Shown here one piece after another: positions 58,456 through 64,000 of a DNA stretch of 64,000 nt; position 1 is the first letter of the stretch; each line of letters begins with the position of its first letter. The notes beneath the pieces were generated by a model. That model saw only the letters and a program-made list of their open reading frames with translations, was not told where the DNA came from and made no database searches. Source of the stretch: Schizochytrium sp. TIO01 (taxonomy: Eukaryota; Protista; Bigyra: Labyrinthulomycetes); the NCBI GenBank assembly GCA_004764695.1, contig SMSO01000031.1, forward strand, positions 1,650,436-1,714,435, written 5' to 3'. The position numbers were made by a program, and so were the translations under genes.

Positions 58456-61400
58456 TATTATACATTATATTTATTTAATGATTTTACAATAAAAAGTTAG
58501 TTTAATGAAGAATTTAAAATATTTTCTTTTAAAAAATTAAAAAGATTTTATGCGCCTGCTGACATTCGCGGATATGGGAGACTTCAATAAGAACAGTATA
58601 TAATATGATGGAAGTCCTTTGTCTAATTTGTAGAACTATTTTTTCACCACAATTCAATGTTGATCGTCGATGAATTGTGAAGCGTTCTAGTGGTGCTTGT
58701 AGAAAAGTTCTACCTATTTCATTCATAGTGTCAAGAGATAATCTATATATGGGACCGGGGTATACTAGGTATTGACGAGTGGTCATTAGTCACGCCTTTT
58801 TATAGCCCCTTAACAATATCTTTCCCCGTTGTTGAGAAAATGAGTCTTATACTAAACAATTTATTCTCTGTCCTGCTAACAAATAGAGTGATAACCTCCA
58901 GCTTCATTTCTCAAGCTTGCGAGAAGCTTTTCTCTCATGAATCAAATGTGGTCATCTCAACAAGTAATGGGCTATCGAGTGGTTCTTCTAGAAAATTTCT
59001 GGTTTTTCTTTTCATAGAGTTAGAACACTACTAAACTCAGCTCTTTCTCCTTATTAATAATATGAGAAACTAAGAAATGACTTTGAAAGTAAAAAAAACA
59101 TAATATTAATTTATTTTTTTCTAAAGCACCACGTCTATCTTGTTGCAAATTGCACCAGGGTCCCAACGGTACCCCTACATGATTTATATCTTTCCCTGTT
59201 GATAAGAAAATGTAGTTTATACTGGTCATTTAATTCTTTATCCTGCTCACAAATAGAGTGACAACTTGGAGCTTGTTTTCTCAAGCTTGCAAGAAGAGTT
59301 TTTCTCGTAAATCAAATACACGCATCTTAACAATCCATGAGCTATCGAATGGTGCTTGTAGTAAAGCTCTGTCAATTCTATTGATAAAGTTAGAACACTA
59401 CCAAACCCAGTTCCTTTCCCCTATTAATAATATGAGAGACCAAAAATAAACTTTCAAAGGTCAGTAAAACTATATGTTTAAAGTATTGTTTCGGAGAAAA
59501 CACATCTACCCTGCTGTAAATTCAAGCCGCTTTCCAATGGTACCACTGGATGATTAATATATTATCTCATAGTTGAGATACTGAATCTTATACTATTCAA
59601 TTTACCCTTTATCATGCTAATAAATAGAGTAATAACTTAGAGCTTCTTTTCTCAAACTTGAAAAAAGATTTTCTCTCATGAATCAAATGAGGCCACCTCA
59701 ACAATCCATGCCTTATCCAGTGGTTTTTCTTGGAAAGTTTTGCTTACTCTACTCATAGAGTTAAAACACTACTAACTCGGTTCCTTCCCCATATTAATAA
59801 TATGAGAGACCAAAAATAAACTTTCAAAGGTCAGTAAAACTATATGTTTAAAGTATTGTTTCTGAGAAATTACATCTACCCTGTTGTAATTTCAAGCAGC
59901 TTTCCAATGGTACCACTCCATGATTTATATGTTCCCCTGTTGTTGAGAAAATGAATCTTGTACAAATCTTTTAATTATTTCTTTTGTTATCAAATAGAGT
60001 AACAACTTAGAGCTTCTTTTCTCAAACTTAAAAGAAGATTTTCTCTCATAAATCAAATGCACTCATCTTAACACTTCATAAACTATCGATTGATGTTTGT
60101 AGAAAAGCTCTGTCGATTGTATTTATAGAGATACAACACTACTAACCCAGTTCCTTCCCCCTATTAATAATATGAGAGACAAAAAAAATAACTTTTAAAG
60201 GTCAGTCAAATGCATGTTTAAAGTATTTTTTCTGAGAAAACACATTCAATCTGTTGTAAATTCAACCAGCTTTCCAATGGTACACTTCAATAATTAATAT
60301 ATTATCCCGTTGTTAAGAAAATGAATCTTATACTAACCATTTAATTCTCTGTCCTGCTCACAAACAGAATGATAACTTGGAGCTTCTTTTCTCAAGCTTG
60401 ACAGGGTCTGTTTTCTCACAAATCAAATTCGGGCATCTCAACAATTCGTGTTCTATCAAGGGATGTCTATAGCAAAGTCCTTTCTATTCTATTCATAGAG
60501 TTAGAGCACTACTAAACTCAGTTCTTTCTCCCTATTATTGATATGGGCGATTAAGAAATAACTTTCAAAGGTCAGTAAAAATAAATTTTAAAAACATTTC
60601 GCCTGAGAAAACACATCTACCCTGTTGTAAATTGCCCCAGCTTTCCAACGGTACCACCTGATGAGTAATATCTTTCCCCGTTGTTGAGAAAATGAACCTT
60701 ATTCTAATCATTTTGCTGCTCACAAATAGAGTGGCAACTTAGAGCTTCTTATCTCAGGCTTGAAAGAAGAGTTTCTCTCATAAATCAAATGCACCCACTT
60801 TAACTATTATTCAGCTATGCGACGATGCTTGTAGCAAAGTTCTATCTATTATATGCATAAAGTTACAACACTACTAAACTTGTTCCCTCCCCCTATTAAT
60901 AATATGAGAGACCAAGAAATAACATTCAAAGGTCAATAAAAATTAATTTTAAACATATTTCGCCTGAGAAAACACATCTCGCCTATTGTAAATCTTAACA
61001 GCTTTCCAACGGTACCACCTGTTGATTAGTATCTTTAGTGGTTAATGAAATATTGTCCCTTGTGAGGATCCATCAACTGCTTGTTTAAATAAAGTGATAA
61101 CTAGGAGCTTTTTTTCGCAAGCTTGAAAGCATATTTTCTCGCAACGATTATAACTATACTGTGGTAACAACGACGCACTTCCCGACGGTGCTTGTCGAAA
61201 AGACCTAACAATTTTATCAAGAAAGTTATAACAGTACTAAGTTTAGTTCTTTTCTCTTATTAATAATATAGAAGAGTAACATTTTCTTTTAAAAGTTCGA
61301 AAAATACTTTCAAAGATTTGTTTTTTCTGACTCATGCCATCATCCGTATTCTGTATTGCTTGCGCTTTCTACTGATCCAAATCTTTAAATGATCAATAAT

Positions 61401-64000
61401 GTAGTTGTGGAGATAATGGGGTTTTGAAGAAGTGAGAGGCTGCTGCCAAATACCTGGAAGGGTATTTTCTCATAATTTTAGAACGATTTCCTCTGGAGAA
61501 CTTCAATAGTATAGCTCTCCATAAATTTTCTGGTCTAATGGTGCAAGAATAACATGTGTCTTTCGAGTAGTTGTCGAGAAAATATGTCTTTCTTTCTTTC
61601 GATAATCCATCAGTTGCCTGATAAAGTGATCACTTGGAGCTTCTTTCCGCAAGCTTGAAAACATAATTTTTCGCAACGATTATAACTATACTGTGGTAAA
61701 ACCGACGCAGGTCCCGTCAGTGCTTGTCAAAAATATCTAGCTACTTTATCCAGAAAGTTACAACAGTACTAAGTTTAGTTTTTTTCTCTTATTAATAATA
61801 TAGAAGAGTAACATTTTCTTTTAAAAGTTCGAAAAATACTTTCAAAGATTTGTTTTTTCTTGTTCATGTCATCGTCCGTATTCGTTATTGCTTGCGCTTT
61901 CTACTGATCCAATTCTTTAAATGATCAATAAAGTAGTTGTGGAGATAATGGGGTTTTGAAGAAGTGGGAGGCTACTGCCAAATACCTGGAAGGGTATTTT
62001 CTCATAAATTTCGAATGCTTTCCTCTGGAGAATTTCAATAGTACAGCTCTCCATAAAATCGCTGATCTAATGGTACAAAAATAACATGTGTCTTTCAAGT
62101 ATTTGTCGAGAAAATATGTCTTTCTTTCTTTCGATAATCCATCAGTTGCCTGCTAAAGTGATCACTTGAAGCTTCTTTCCGCAAGCTTGAAAACATATTT
62201 TTTCGCAACGATCATAACTACCCTGTGGTAAAACCGACGCAGGTCCCGTCAGTGCTTGTCAAAAAGATCTAGCTATTTTATCCAGAAAGTTACAACAGTA
62301 CTAAGTTTAGTTCTTTTCTCTTATTAATATTATGGAAGAGTAACATTTTCTTTTCAAAGTTCGAAGAATACTTTCAAAGATTTGTTTTTTCTCACTCATG
62401 CCATCATCCGTATTTTATATTGTTTGCGCTTTCTACTGATCCAAATCTTTAAATGATCAATAAAGTAGTTGTGGAGATAATGGGGTTTTGAAGAAATGGG
62501 AGGCTGCTGCCAAATTCCTGGAAGGGTATTTTCTCATAATTTTAGAATGGATTCCTCTTGAGAACTTTCACAGTACAGCTCTCCATAAATTTGCTGATCG
62601 AATGGTGCAAGAATAACATGTGTCTCTCAAGTAGTTGTCGAGAAAAGCTGTCTTTCTTTATTTATTCTGAGTTAAATTAAAAATAATTTCAAAAGATGGC
62701 AACTACGTAGGGGTCAAACTCGATGTTGCCAAGAGTATTTTTCAATTCAGGCACACCTATTCTATGCAAAATTAAATTTCCGATCTAATGATATCATTTT
62801 TATGGATCTCACTCTTCTTGGTGTTGATAAAATACCCCTTTGTTCAAAGTAATAGTATATTGAGAAAGACAGAGCGAGTTGAAAGAAGCGTTATAAGGAT
62901 GATGTAGGGGTCTTCTGAGCCATTAATAAAATATTTTTTAACTTTTGTGCTGTCACCATGTTCATTCTTGCCGAATCCTAGCTCGTAGTTCAAAAACGAA
63001 AAACATCAATCAACTCCTCATCGAGAAAAGACCCCCTCAATATCAATAGCATTATTCTTACTTTCTTTTAAAAATTAAAAACCTTCAGTTCGATTTAAAA
63101 GAAAATTAAAAGATGGCAACTACGTAGGGGTCAAACTCGATATTGCCGACCGTATTTTTCAATTCTGACACGCCTATCCTATGCAAAATTGAATTTTCTA
63201 TCCAATGATGCCACTGTTATGGACCTCTCTTTGCTTGGGGTTGATTAAATACCCCTTTGTTCAAAGTAATAGCATATTGAGAAAGACAGAGCGAGTTGAA
63301 AAAAGCGTTATAAGGATGATGTAGGGGTCTTCTGAGCCATTAATAAAATGTTTTTTAACTTTTGTGCTGTCACAATGTTCATACTTTCCGAACCCTAGCT
63401 CGTAGTCCGAAAACGAAAAACATCGATCAACTCCTTATCGAGAAAAGATCCCCTCAACAGTATCTTTTTCTTACTTTCTGTTTCAAATTAAAAACCTTTA
63501 AATAGATTTAAAAGAAAATTAAAAGATGGCAACTACGTAGGGGTCGAATTCGATGTTGCTGACAGTATTTTGCAATTCTGGCACACCTATCCTATGCCAA
63601 ATTGAATTTCCTGTCCAATGGTACCCCTTTTAAGGATCTCACGTTTCTTGGTGTTGATAAAATACCCCTTTGTTTAAAGTAATAGTATATTGAGAAAGAC
63701 AGAGCGAGTTAAAAGAAACGCATTAACTATGATGTAGGGGTCTTCTGAGCTATCGATCAAAATATTTTTTACCTTTTGGGCTGTCATCATGTTAATACTT
63801 TCCGAATCCTAACTCGTAGTCCAAAAATGAAAATCATCGATCAACTCCTTGTCGAGAAAATACCCCCTCAATAGCATCATTTTTACTTTCTTTTTTAAAT
63901 TAGAAACCTTTTTAACAATTCTTTAAATTTAAAAGAAAGCATAAAAATATTTTAAATAACCTAACGACGGTTCTCTGTTTAAAACGTACTATTATTTCCT
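58456..64000 (-). repeat. Inverted copy of subtelomere 52029-57573 (classes C, B, A)
   Basis: Position x maps to 116029-x; mirrored ORF translations are identical (e.g. 57243..57500+ and 58529..58786-). Confidence 0.95.

Noticed and set aside
56580-59449. Duplicated short ORFs near the telomere
   Set aside because: They lie in or next to the subtelomeric repeats and recur only because of the mirror duplication

Overview
Eukaryotic chromosome end, most likely a thraustochytrid (Aurantiochytrium/Schizochytrium-like 18S; TTAGG telomere). Layout: tRNA genes, a solitary rDNA unit (18S-5.8S-28S), degenerate tRNAs, a Copia LTR element, 5S, a 22-exon minus-strand gene, a second Copia, 5S, a plus-strand multi-exon LRR gene, a second rDNA unit, three classes of long subtelomeric repeats, telomere, N gap, then a mirror-image copy of the subtelomere (probably a scaffolding join). 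Main result: the apparently non-coding ~430-bp tandem array at 25.2-32.5 kb is a spliced leucine-rich-repeat array, with 18 phase-2 exons of 84 nt each encoding one 28-aa LRR. Introns and framework codons are nearly identical. Variation is concentrated in predicted solvent-exposed beta-strand residues straddling each splice junction, and all 17 junction-spanning strands differ. The array splices in frame onto a helical region, a Ser/Thr kinase and RING1/RING2(Rcat)-like fingers (about 1483 aa). This suggests a combinatorially diversified intracellular receptor, lying head-to-head with an older LRR gene of the same exon design. All gene models were derived by hand from the sequence and need RNA confirmation.
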